In this document: positions 46,054 through 56,314 of the stretch, piece after piece | How the letters are laid out: the number at the start of each line of letters is the position of its first letter | Position numbering within the stretch: position 1 is the first letter of the stretch | Virus record (IMG/VR): IMGVR_UViG_3300006341_000010 | Coordinates: 2,407-66,406 of that record | DNA: 64,000 nt | Origin: a virus | Strand: one strand, 5' to 3' | The notes under the pieces: model-generated | Told to the model about the DNA's origin: nothing | Databases searched by the model: none | The model's input: the letters and a program-made list of their open reading frames with translations, nothing else | Made by a program: the position numbers and the translations under genes

Positions 46054-47904
46054 ATGTCTAGGATTTTAATCATGGCACCTCGGGTTTCTGATGGTGCAAG
46101 GGCTTTAGCTGTAAGCTTATCTGAACTTGATGGTGTAGTAGCTCGTTATCGTCGCTTGGACCGAAGGGGTGTAGGCCGTTACAGTAATGTCAACCTAGCT
46201 ATCAACTGGGGCTGTGGGAATGGGGGTGAACCTGTAACCCCTTCTCAGTTCAATGCATTTGGTAGTCATCTGCAAGTGTTAAACCCAAGGACATGGCGAG
46301 CTACTAATAAGCTTATGGCTTTCGAAACTATTAGGCGTTGGAATAGAGACCACTCTAATGATGAACAAATTAACATCCCTGAGTTTTGTACTAGCTTAGG
46401 GGGGGCTCGTGAATGGGCAGGGAATGGTGGTGTATTCTGTAGGACTCAGTTACGTGGTCACTCAGGAACAGACATTGTAGTTGCCCGTCATCCTCGTGAT
46501 ATAGTCGAAGCTCCCTTATACACCAAGCTAGTCAACAAGCGACATGAGTTCCGATTACATGTAGCAGGTGGTCAAGTTATTGATGGTGTAAGGAAGGCCT
46601 TTAGACAAGATGTCCCTGAAAGCCAACGGAACTATGATGTCAGGAACCATGCAGCAGGTTCAGTATTCATCCGTTCAGGTCGTTCATTGTCTTCCTTACA
46701 GATGGATCCTGTAGCTCAAGCAATGGCAGTCAATGCCTGTAGGGCTTTAGGTTTAGACTTCGGTGCAGTTGATATGATGACTGACCAAGAGGGTAACTTC
46801 TATATCCTCGAAGTCAATACGGCTCCGGGTCTTGAGGCTACTACCTTAGCTCGTTACACTGATGCATTCCATAAGATCTCCCGTGGTGAACGCGTTCTAC
46901 GTTGGCAAGATCTTCCACTTAACCCTAACGCAACAACTGAAACACAAACTCAAACTCAAGAAACTAATAGTCAGGAGACTACTATGCCAGCACTAACTCT
47001 ATCAATCCAAACATTACGTAATCACCGTGAAGCACGTCAGGCTCTAGAGGGTCAGACAGTTACACCTACTAATGAATTCCGTGGTTCTACTTTAACAGCA
47101 GGTCGAGCTTATGAAGTCCGCCACTGTACTGTAGGTGACAACGGTCAGGTACGTTTGACTGTCCATAACGATCAAGGACGTGCCCAACGTTACACTTTGA
47201 ACACCAATAACTTCCGATTAGGTGGTCAATCAGCAGCCCCTCAGCTGCCTGAAGCTCAGGCTAACAACGAAGTAGATACATCACTACCTGTTGATTCACC
47301 TTTACGTTGTGTACGTTTACAGGATGGCAGTCAGGTAAACGTAGGTGGTCAGGCTCAGTTCAATCTAAGCAATAGCCGATTCCTAAGCCAAGATACCCCA
47401 TACACTGTTGCTGAGATCCGAGTTGGTTCTGAGACTGGTACTGCATTCTTAGGTATTAATGTTGAAGGTCGAGTCCGTCGCTGGCGTTTAGATTCTTTCT
47501 CTAATGGTGAGCGTGTAGCAGCAACAGCTCAAGCTACTACCTCTAACTCTAGTAGTCAGAATCGACCTAGTGAATCCCTTCAGACCTCAACAGGACAACG
47601 AGTTGAAGTGGGTACGCTAGTACGAGTTAATAGCAGAAACGGTAACCACGGTATCCGAGTAGGTACTTCAGGTACTGTTCGATCTATTAATGTGAGCAAT
47701 GGTACTTTAGTGATTGAAGGTCAGACTCGTGCTATCAATGTACGTCGAGTTGAAGTAGTTACTCCTGAGCAGGTTCAGCAAGAGAACCAAATCCGTGAGC
47801 AACAAAACAATACAGTGAGTGTTTCATTTGCTGGTACGAACTACCGAATCCGTAGTCGTGACCAACAACAAGTACAAACATTACTTAACCAATTAACTGT
47901 GTAA
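46054..47904 (+). CDS. ATP-grasp ligase with C-terminal repeated small beta (SH3/KOW-like) domains
   Basis: INWG, ATNKL, GHSG.DIV, LYTK..KRHEFRLHV, LGLDFGAVD, ILEVNTAPGL. Confidence 0.88.
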   Translation: MSRILIMAPRVSDGARALAVSLSELDGVVARYRRLDRRGVGRYSNVNLAINWGCGNGGEPVTPSQFNAFGSHLQVLNPRTWRATNKLMAFETIRRWNRDHSNDEQINIPEFCTSLGGAREWAGNGGVFCRTQLRGHSGTDIVVARHPRDIVEAPLYTKLVNKRHEFRLHVAGGQVIDGVRKAFRQDVPESQRNYDVRNHAAGSVFIRSGRSLSSLQMDPVAQAMAVNACRALGLDFGAVDMMTDQEGNFYILEVNTAPGLEATTLARYTDAFHKISRGERVLRWQDLPLNPNATTETQTQTQETNSQETTMPALTLSIQTLRNHREARQALEGQTVTPTNEFRGSTLTAGRAYEVRHCTVGDNGQVRLTVHNDQGRAQRYTLNTNNFRLGGQSAAPQLPEAQANNEVDTSLPVDSPLRCVRLQDGSQVNVGGQAQFNLSNSRFLSQDTPYTVAEIRVGSETGTAFLGINVEGRVRRWRLDSFSNGERVAATAQATTSNSSSQNRPSESLQTSTGQRVEVGTLVRVNSRNGNHGIRVGTSGTVRSINVSNGTLVIEGQTRAINVRRVEVVTPEQVQQENQIREQQNNTVSVSFAGTNYRIRSRDQQQVQTLLNQLTV

Positions 47905-47919
47905 TAACTAGGAGGTAAT

Positions 47920-48156
47920 ATTAATTACAACTTCTCAAATCTATCCTTGAAACAGATAGTAGGGTTGTTATGGGCAGACCAGAACCTGAGAGACTTTGGT
48001 GATCGTCATAGATTACTAACCTCTCAGGAAAGGAATAGCTGCTTTGCAATCCTAGGGAATCTTTCCGATGAAGAACTTGAAAGACTTCAAGGTGAGACCC
48101 CGTACTTCACATTGCTTGATTTACATCAGGCAAACCTAGACAACGTTACACTTTAA
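47920..48156 (+). CDS. Hypothetical protein (probable AUU start)
   Basis: AGGAGGTAAT-ATT in frame with the 47947 ORF. Confidence 0.55.
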   Translation: MNYNFSNLSLKQIVGLLWADQNLRDFGDRHRLLTSQERNSCFAILGNLSDEELERLQGETPYFTLLDLHQANLDNVTL

Positions 48157-48197
48157 TTAATCTTTATTCTTTAATAATATAGGAGAACTATACACAC

Positions 48198-48650
48198 ATG
48201 GCAAAGACAATCAAACAACGCGGTTCAGTTTTATTCTCAGCAATTGCAGACTTCGCTAAATTCAATAATCAATCAACAGGTAAGTATGAATTAGTACTTA
48301 CATTGAATGACGATCAGCGAGCAGATGCAGAGAGTAATGGTGTAGGAATCAACGTTAAAGATTATCAAGGTCAAGAACAAGCAACTGCTAAGTTTAAATC
48401 TAAGTTCAAGCTAGAGAAAGGCATGGTAGTTGATCGCTTTAAGAATCCTTATGTGGATGCTGAAGGTAACATCAAGGAAATCCCTCGTGGTTCTGAAGTT
48501 GTTGTGTTCGCTACATCTAAGCCATACTCATTCGCTGGTAAGACAGGGGTTACAAACTACCTGAATGCTATCCAGATTATTGAGGAAGCTAACTCTATTG
48601 ACTTCGAAGATTTCTCTGAGGAGTTAGAGGTGCAAGACGTTGAGTTCTAA
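48198..48650 (+). CDS. ssDNA-binding protein (T7 gp2.5-like)
   Basis: GKYELVL, IPRGSEV, YLNAIQII, acidic tail ending in F. Confidence 0.8.
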   Translation: MAKTIKQRGSVLFSAIADFAKFNNQSTGKYELVLTLNDDQRADAESNGVGINVKDYQGQEQATAKFKSKFKLEKGMVVDRFKNPYVDAEGNIKEIPRGSEVVVFATSKPYSFAGKTGVTNYLNAIQIIEEANSIDFEDFSEELEVQDVEF

Positions 48651-48843
48651 ACCAACGTATGAGGAGCTAGAGAGGGATCATGCGTTCCTCTTTGCTGCCT
48701 ACAAGCAAACCAAACAAAAACTAGAGGAGCTTGAAGGAGAGTTCATTAAACTAGAGAGCTTGGTGGAGCATATCCATCAGGCCTCAGGCTCTTACATTCA
48801 AGCTAAACTTGATAGTGTACCTGAAGCGGAGGATAAAGATTAG
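48640..48843 (+). CDS. Small coiled-coil protein
   Basis: 67 aa, GAGG SD, TTG start. Confidence 0.6.
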   Translation: MSSKPTYEELERDHAFLFAAYKQTKQKLEELEGEFIKLESLVEHIHQASGSYIQAKLDSVPEAEDKD

Positions 48844-50551
48844 TAACTTTCTAGGATCAGGGTTCCCATGCCCTGATTGTGGTAGCTCTAACGCTGTGGC
48901 AGAATATCACAATGGTATGTTCTGTCATAAGTGTCAGAGTAAATTCCCTAGCAAGGAAAAGTATTTCCAAGCTACTGGTGTAGCCCCTAAGCACCCTCAA
49001 GTAAACGATGGTGATCAGGCTATGCCTATGGACTCAGAGATTAAACAATCAACTCAGAGATTCAATATCCCTGAGGAGTTCGAGGGATCTAAACAAAAGC
49101 ATCGGGGTATTCAACCTGATGTATTGAACCGATATGGGATTAGGTTCAACGCAAGTGGTGACATGTTCACTATGATTAGGGACAAGGAAGGGAATCCATC
49201 AGGCGCTCAGATCTGTAAGGGCCAAAGGGATGAGAAAGGTAGGAAGAAGATTACAGCTATGGGTGATGTCAAAGATAAGGCTCTTATCGGACAACACTTA
49301 GCAGGTGGTAATGGTAATAGGTTAGTTATTACAGAGGGTTATCTAGATGCCTGTTCGGCTAGCATGATGCTAAATGGTAGATACCCTGTAGTCTCTGTCC
49401 TAAATGGTACAGGCTCAGCAGCTAAAGACTTTAAGAATAACATTGATTTCATTGAGCAGTATGATGAAGTTGTTATTTGTTTTGATAATGATAAACCCGG
49501 TCGTGAAGCAGCTAAAGAATGTGCTAACTTAATTACTCCCGGCAAAGCTAAGATAGTACCATTGGCTAAGTACAAGGATGCCAATGACTTCCTAGTCCAA
49601 GGACAGGTAAAAGAATTTGTTAAGTATTTCTGGGAGGCTAAGCGTCATCAGCCTGACGGGATCATAAACCTAGCAGATATCTTTGACCAAGTGTTAGAGG
49701 AAGATGAGAAACCTTCAACCCCTTATCCTTGGGAAGGCCTGAATGAAATGCTAGATGGTATCAGGACATCTGAATTAGTTACAATAACGTCTGGTTCAGG
49801 TATGGGTAAGTCTAGTATCGTACGAGAATTAGAGTATCACCTATTAACTACAACAGAAGATAAGATAGGGATCTTGGCATTAGAAGAAACACCAGTAAGA
49901 ACCACTCAAGGTATTATGGGTATCCATTGTAACTCTCAGTTGCATAGGAAAAAGTACAGGGATTTAGTTGACCCTAAGACCTATAAGGAAGCGTTCATGG
50001 CAACCGCAGGAACAGGTAGGTTAGTTGCTTATGATCACTTCGGTTCTACTTCTGGTGATAACTTGATTGCCCAGATCAGGTATATGATTAAAGGCTTAGG
50101 CTGTAAGCATGTAGTCTTAGATCACTTATCAATTGTAGTTAGTTCTCAAGAAGATGGTGGAGATGAGAGGAAGAACATCGACGCTATCATGACTAAGCTT
50201 AGGCAGCTAGTGCAAGAGACTGATGTCTCTATGTTCCTAGTGTCACACTTACGGAGAGCTTCAGGGGATAAGGGCCATGAGAATGGTGCTGAAGTTTCCC
50301 TTGCACAACTCCGAGGATCACAAGCTATTGCTCAGTTGAGTGATGCAGTGATTGCATTAGAGCGTGACCAGCAAGCAGAGAATGAGAAAGAAGCCAACCT
50401 TACCCGTCTCCGTGTACTTAAGTCTAGGTACACAGGACAGACAGGGATTGCAACCCACCTGTGGTTTGATCCTGATACTGGTAGGATGGTAGAGATTGGA
50501 GATACTGAAAAGGTTAAGGAGTTTTTAGCACCAGATGTTGAGGAATTTTAA
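48839..50551 (+). CDS. DNA primase/helicase (T7 gp4-like), probable AUU start
   Basis: CPDCGS...CHKC Zn finger, ITEGYLD/FDNDKPG TOPRIM, SGSGMGKS, VLDHLS, LRGSQAIAQLSD. Confidence 0.95.
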   Translation: MSNFLGSGFPCPDCGSSNAVAEYHNGMFCHKCQSKFPSKEKYFQATGVAPKHPQVNDGDQAMPMDSEIKQSTQRFNIPEEFEGSKQKHRGIQPDVLNRYGIRFNASGDMFTMIRDKEGNPSGAQICKGQRDEKGRKKITAMGDVKDKALIGQHLAGGNGNRLVITEGYLDACSASMMLNGRYPVVSVLNGTGSAAKDFKNNIDFIEQYDEVVICFDNDKPGREAAKECANLITPGKAKIVPLAKYKDANDFLVQGQVKEFVKYFWEAKRHQPDGIINLADIFDQVLEEDEKPSTPYPWEGLNEMLDGIRTSELVTITSGSGMGKSSIVRELEYHLLTTTEDKIGILALEETPVRTTQGIMGIHCNSQLHRKKYRDLVDPKTYKEAFMATAGTGRLVAYDHFGSTSGDNLIAQIRYMIKGLGCKHVVLDHLSIVVSSQEDGGDERKNIDAIMTKLRQLVQETDVSMFLVSHLRRASGDKGHENGAEVSLAQLRGSQAIAQLSDAVIALERDQQAENEKEANLTRLRVLKSRYTGQTGIATHLWFDPDTGRMVEIGDTEKVKEFLAPDVEEF

Positions 50552-50553
50552 TA

Positions 50554-52623
50554 ATGGACGAAGATCGTTTAGAAGAATTGATAGCAAGAGCGACGCAACT
50601 CAGAGAGCACCACCGGTCGATGGAGGAGTTCTTCACTAGTCAAGGCACTGAATATGTCACTTGGTCGTTCCCTGCTGAGGCAGATCTCCATGAAGAACTA
50701 TGTGATGAGGACTTAATATGAGTAATGTAGTTAGGGTAATGTATTATGGTGCCTATTCCCGAGAGGTTGTAGGTGTTCCTTACTTTAATTCAGGCAGAGA
50801 TCGGATTGATGAAGGAGACTGCGTGACTGAAGGGAAGGAAAACGATGGGTGGATTAACTTCCACCAAGACCCTGAGCACCTTTTAGGCAGTGGTATACCT
50901 TGTAGATCTAATTGTCAATGGGAGTCTCTGATATGAGTGATGTCAGGCGGGTAGTGTTCCGGGACGTGCAGATAGTAACGGAAGATTTTAATCACAACAT
51001 AGTTAATGGCCACACTATAAGACATGATGGTCTTACACTTTTCTGTGATTCTGATTGGGGTAGCTTAAATTATAGTGACGACCCTATGTATCTAATAGGC
51101 TCTAGATCAACGAAGTGGGGCTGCCAGTGGGAGGACTTAGTATGAGCGATGTTATATCTATTATGTATAGGCAAACAAACTATATAGGTCCTGTTGATGA
51201 AGTGATCCATAGGAATAACGGTAGACATAAGGTAGAGGGATTCCATACATTACTAGCTTCAGGCGAGGAACGTCATGATGATGGTCAAATATTTTTCTAC
51301 ATGGATGATAGATACCTACTAAGAACAGGCACAATATGTCCTTATAGTGGAACTCAATGGGAGTATCTGATATGAAAGTCATGGCAGTTTATGAGAAACA
51401 AACTACTTACCTTGGGGATCAGATAGACCATTGGATGTCAGGGATCTTAGCTTACACCAATACTACCTTATCACAATTCACCTTGTTAGATTGTATAGGC
51501 AATCATGCTATCTGTAGTAATAGTTTCTTAGTTGAGAGACCTGTTAACACAAACGTAATAGTGGAGGAATTAGTATGATTATTCAGGAAGATAAAGTAAT
51601 TGCTGTTAAGAGACTTGATCAATCAATCCCCTCTAGGAGTTTCATTTATCATAGAGCTTATGATGTCCAACATTTTATAGCTAGTTGTGATGAAGATGAT
51701 GAGACAAGGACATTGAAGAAAGACTCATCCCTTAACATGTTTAATTATGTGGAGGAATTGATATGACCATAGTATCAGTAGATGTAGAAGTAGATCTAGA
51801 TGACATTGACTTCGATGTTCTTAAGGACTATGTGTTAGAGGATCTAACGGACGATGAGATCTGTAGGGAAAGGGACTTGTATTCTGGGGAAGACTATGAA
51901 AGTCTTGAAGAAGAACTTGAGGATCTTAGAGGTCTAATAGCAGAGCTTCGGAGAGATATGTCAAACATGGAGAGGTTAGAGTAATGAAGGTTTTCTTAGT
52001 TAAGTGGAGGGATAGATTTATAGTAGGGGAGGCGGAGAGAGATGTAGAAATATACAGTGAAACTTTCCAGTACTATAATATCCGAGGGGAAGGGGTAGAC
52101 TATCAGACCGGTAGGATCTTAAACTCTAATGATGCCTTATGCTTCGACTATAGCTGGTTTGATAGATTCCCTGATCCCTTTTGGTATGCAGAGAGGTTGG
52201 TATGATATTAAGGAACGGTGATGTTGTTTCATTCTATGATGGTAATACTTATTATTACCCTAATAAACCCTTAGTCATAGAAGATTCTAGATCAGGAAAC
52301 CCAGAGTTTTGCTCAGGGATTGCTGATGAAGATAACATAGCAGTTACTTCAGGCATGCTCAGGGATAGGGAAGAAGCCCAGAGGCGTTGGCTTAATTCAA
52401 GTGATAGTATGATAGAGTATTTAATATGATAGTAGAAGATGGTGATGTGATAGCTCTTATAGGCTTTCATGGTAATAGGTTCTTTAGGGACTTAGAAGGA
52501 CAAGCGTTTGAAGTAATTGGATATAACCTAGATTTATTTAGGTTCTCATTTCAAGGCCATAGTTACCCTTGGGCGCGAGATTCTAGAACGTGGCGAGTAG
52601 GAGGTTGTGAATTATTAATTTAG
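50554..52623 (+). CDS. Array of ten translationally coupled small proteins (starts 50554, 50718, 50933, 51142, 51372, 51575, 51763, 51984, 52202, 52426)
   Basis: 55-77 aa each, joined by ATGA/TAATG overlaps; nine end in E-x-L-I/V. Confidence 0.75.
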
Positions 52624-52639
52624 AGGAGGTAATAGAAGC

Positions 52640-54520
52640 TTGCGGTTAAGCTTTGATATAGAAGGTAACGGTCTATTAGATCAAGTTACTACAATCCACT
52701 GTATTGTTACAGAGGATATTGATACAGGTGAATGCAGAGAGTTTGAGCCTCATGAGATTGAAGAAGGTGTTAAGCATTTAATGCAAGCATCTACTCTCAT
52801 AGGACATAACATTCTTGGCTATGACTTACCTGCTATCAAGAAACTTTATGGTGAGGAGTTTAAAGGTGAGACCTTAGATACCTTAGTATTATCTAGGCTA
52901 GCTAGGCCTGACAGATCTTTACACCCTCAGTGCCCTGCGAAAGTATGGGATGAACACAACCAGAAAGATAAAGCTGTTGGCCCACATACCCTTATGAACT
53001 TAGGGTACTACGCTGGTTTGAACAAAGGTGACTTTGGATCTGAAGCAGGGTGGGAGTATTACAGCAAAGAGATGTTAGAGTATTGTAAGCAGGATGTATT
53101 AGTTACAACACGGATATATAACTATCTCAAGAAAGAACTTCAGGGCTTTAGTGATCAATGTATTTTACTTGAACACCAATTCAATTATAGAATCCAACAA
53201 CAGATGGAACATGGTTGGTTCTTTGACATTGATAATGCTATGGAGTTAGAAGCAGAGTTAACTGAGAAGATGATGGAGCTAGAGGATGAGGTTCATAAGA
53301 CCTTTAAACCCATGGCTAAGTTCATTAGAGAGATACAACCAAGGGTGGTCAAGTCCGGTGGGTTATCTTCTGTTGGACTTAAGTTCCTAGAGAACTACCA
53401 AAACGTAGTACCTATCCCTGATTGGATTGATGGGGAGTATGGTGTTGAATACATCAATGGTGAATTCTCAAGGATTGATTGGGTTGAATTTAATCTAGGT
53501 TCAAGACAACAAATTGCTGATCAGTTACTCATGAGAGGATGGAAACCTAAAGAGTATACCGAGAATGGAAACATAATCGTAAACGAAAAGGTGTTGGGAT
53601 CTATTGCTTCTAAGTTTGAGGAAGCTAAGTTGCTTGCTGATTACTTCATGATCTCAAAGAAAAAGTCTATGGTATCTTCATGGATTGAGAAATACAATAG
53701 TGATACCGGTAGGATCCATGGGTATGTGAATACCTTAGGTGCTGCAACAAGACGTTGTACCCACTCCGGCCCTAACCTAGCACAAGTACCTGCGTCTAAG
53801 ACAGACAAAGAGGGGCACTTGGTCTTTGGGTTTGAGGGAGGTTATGGCGCTGACTGTAGGAAGTTATTCACTGTACCTCGTGGTTATAAGCAGGTAGGTT
53901 GTGATGCTAGTGGCTTAGAGCTTAGATGCTTAGCCCACTATATGAACGACAAAGAATACACTGACTTAATCTTACACGGTGACATCCACTCATATAACCA
54001 AAAGGCTGCTGGTTTACCTACCCGAAACAACGCAAAGACTTTCATCTATGGTTTCCTATATGGAGCTGGTGATGCTAAGATCGGAGAGATTGTTAATGGT
54101 ACAGCTAAAGACGGTAAGAGATTAAAGACAGCGTTCCTTAATTCCCTGCCGAGTCTTAAGAAGCTGAAGGAAGGTGTAGCAGTAGCAGCAACAAGAGGTT
54201 GGTTGAAGTCAATTGATGGTAGTAAGATCAGGATTAAATCTGAACATGCTGCATTAAACTTCTTATTGCAATCAGCAGGTGCTATTGTTATGAAGCAATG
54301 GCTCGTGTTAGTCTGTGAACAGGCAGACAAAGAACAATTGGACTATCATCCCGTTGGTAATATCCATGATGAAGGCCAATTCGAAGTAGCAGATAAGGAT
54401 GTTAAAAGGTTCTGTGAGATCTGTGAATCATCTATGAATAAGGCTGGTGAAATGCTAGGCTTCCGTTGTCAGATTGATGGCGAGGCTATGGTAGGTTCAT
54501 CGTGGGCAGCGACGCATTGA
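52640..54520 (+). CDS. Family A DNA polymerase (T7 gp5-like)
   Basis: FDIEGNG, GHNILGYD, DASGLELRCLAHY, RNNAKTFIYGFLYG, NIHDE. Confidence 0.95.
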   Translation: MRLSFDIEGNGLLDQVTTIHCIVTEDIDTGECREFEPHEIEEGVKHLMQASTLIGHNILGYDLPAIKKLYGEEFKGETLDTLVLSRLARPDRSLHPQCPAKVWDEHNQKDKAVGPHTLMNLGYYAGLNKGDFGSEAGWEYYSKEMLEYCKQDVLVTTRIYNYLKKELQGFSDQCILLEHQFNYRIQQQMEHGWFFDIDNAMELEAELTEKMMELEDEVHKTFKPMAKFIREIQPRVVKSGGLSSVGLKFLENYQNVVPIPDWIDGEYGVEYINGEFSRIDWVEFNLGSRQQIADQLLMRGWKPKEYTENGNIIVNEKVLGSIASKFEEAKLLADYFMISKKKSMVSSWIEKYNSDTGRIHGYVNTLGAATRRCTHSGPNLAQVPASKTDKEGHLVFGFEGGYGADCRKLFTVPRGYKQVGCDASGLELRCLAHYMNDKEYTDLILHGDIHSYNQKAAGLPTRNNAKTFIYGFLYGAGDAKIGEIVNGTAKDGKRLKTAFLNSLPSLKKLKEGVAVAATRGWLKSIDGSKIRIKSEHAALNFLLQSAGAIVMKQWLVLVCEQADKEQLDYHPVGNIHDEGQFEVADKDVKRFCEICESSMNKAGEMLGFRCQIDGEAMVGSSWAATH

Positions 54521-54598
54521 TTTATATTTATTTACATTCTTGGTGTAACTTTCCCCAATTGATTAAGTCTAAATGGTTTTATAATTGATGGAGGTAAC

Positions 54599-55018
54599 AT
54601 GCAGAATAATCATTTAACAGGAATGGCTTCTGAGTATAAAGTAGCTGAGCATTATACTAGAGAAGGCTATGCCGTTTACTGGACTATGATGTCTCAATCT
54701 AGGGACGACATAGTAATAAGGAAAGGCAATGAGTTCACTAGGGTACAGGTGAAGACCGGTACTTGGGTTCAGTCTGGTAAGTATAAATATTTACAATGTA
54801 GACTCAGGTCTGACAGAAGAAACGGAGGGACGTATGCCCCTTACACTCTTGAAGACTGTGACGTAGTAGTTATAGTTGAAGGGGATAGGCTATGGGAAAT
54901 ACCTGTAGCATGTGTTGCTGAAAGAACTAACATAACCTTGGATACTACTAACCCTACACCGAAAGCTAGTCAGAAAGATTACAACCCTGACGACTGGCTA
55001 GTAACTAACGGGAGGTAA
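54599..55018 (+). CDS. PD-(D/E)XK endonuclease (group I intron-associated type)
   Basis: G...E...GY.V...D.....RVQVKT. Confidence 0.75.
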   Translation: MQNNHLTGMASEYKVAEHYTREGYAVYWTMMSQSRDDIVIRKGNEFTRVQVKTGTWVQSGKYKYLQCRLRSDRRNGGTYAPYTLEDCDVVVIVEGDRLWEIPVACVAERTNITLDTTNPTPKASQKDYNPDDWLVTNGR

Positions 55019-55020
55019 CA

Positions 55021-55410
55021 ATTAAAACTGGAACAACTAATGAGCTTAAGGCTATGAGTTACTATAGTTCTAAGGGGTATGATATTTATATCCCTGTAGA
55101 CTCTAGTAGGATAGACTTCATTGCTCATAAGGACGAGGAACTATTAAAGATCCAAGTTAAAACTTGTTCAAAGAGGAGATACAAGGACACAGAATATCGT
55201 GTTGCAATCTTATCTTCTCGTAGAGGTAACGGTAACGTTGGCAACTATAAGTTGTCTGAGATAGATGAGTGCTTTGTCGTTGATAAAGATGCAGCTTGGA
55301 GGATTCCATTCAAAGCTGTGTACCCTAACATCTCAGTAATGCTAGATTCAAATAGGAAAGAGTACAAGCCTAAGCATAATCTTCCAGTGGAAGACTGGAG
55401 GGTGTACTAA
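55021..55410 (+). CDS. Second PD-(D/E)XK endonuclease, AUU start
   Basis: (M)KTGTTNELKAMSYYSSKGYDI...IDFI...KIQVKT. Confidence 0.75.
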   Translation: MKTGTTNELKAMSYYSSKGYDIYIPVDSSRIDFIAHKDEELLKIQVKTCSKRRYKDTEYRVAILSSRRGNGNVGNYKLSEIDECFVVDKDAAWRIPFKAVYPNISVMLDSNRKEYKPKHNLPVEDWRVY

Positions 55411-56297
55411 TTCTTAGAGTAGCTATATTGGATGCAGATATCGCAGTGTATCATGTATCAATTTCATGTGAACGTGAATCAAGACTGGAGGTAGTCAAAG
55501 AGACTATGGACTTATACATCAAGAACTGGCTATCATGTGCTGGGGCTGATGAGTATGTAGGTTATATAACAGAGTCGAAAGCTAACTTCAGAATACAACG
55601 TGCTTCTACTTGGCCTTATAAGGGTCAAAGGAAGAAAGCTAAACCCAAATGGTACTTGGCGATGCGAGAGTATGTCCAAGAACAATGGGGGTTTCAGAAT
55701 GTTATTGGGATTGAGGCCGATGATGCCTTGACTATAGCAGCTGAGAAACTTAAAGCTGAGGGTAAGGAGCCAGTGATTGTGACAGAGGATAAAGATCTCT
55801 TACAATACCCTGCTCTCCATTACAACCCTAACAAATCACATAATGTGTTTAGGATCTCAGAGGCTGAGGGTCACTATAACCTATGGCATCAAGTCATAAC
55901 AGGTGATAGGACTGATAACATTCCCGGTGTGTCACATGCCATTACCGAAACTAGGACAGGGACTTACAATAGATCTATCTCCGAGAGTGATTTACTTCCC
56001 GAGGATAAGATTAAATTGTTTAAGAAATATCCTAGGCAAGAACAGTATGGTAAATCCAGTGCAGCTAAATACTTAGAACAATTTCCACCTGAGGAATATC
56101 CCCTCAGGGTCTGGGAGTTATATGTAGATAAGTATGAGGACTTAGAGGATGAAGGTTCCTATGGATATGGGGACTTAAGATTCCATGAGACCTTTGATTT
56201 AATCTACATGTTAGTCAAAGAACCTGAAGGGGTTGAGGTCTTGGTAGAACCTAAGAAACCTCCAGTCCCTGAGGGAATTAAATTTTTAGATTTTTAA
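55410..56297 (+). CDS. 5'-3' exonuclease (T7 gp6-like), AUU start
   Basis: (M)LRVAILDADI, NFR, YKGQR, EADD, DKDLLQ, GDRTDNIPG. Confidence 0.9.
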   Translation: MLRVAILDADIAVYHVSISCERESRLEVVKETMDLYIKNWLSCAGADEYVGYITESKANFRIQRASTWPYKGQRKKAKPKWYLAMREYVQEQWGFQNVIGIEADDALTIAAEKLKAEGKEPVIVTEDKDLLQYPALHYNPNKSHNVFRISEAEGHYNLWHQVITGDRTDNIPGVSHAITETRTGTYNRSISESDLLPEDKIKLFKKYPRQEQYGKSSAAKYLEQFPPEEYPLRVWELYVDKYEDLEDEGSYGYGDLRFHETFDLIYMLVKEPEGVEVLVEPKKPPVPEGIKFLDF

Positions 56298-56314
56298 ATT
56301 AATATAGGAGGGAT

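Noticed and set aside
54520-55410. Group I intron around the PD-(D/E)XK genes
   Set aside because: Polymerase ends normally (SWAATH*), the exonuclease is intact, and there is too little non-coding sequence for an intron core
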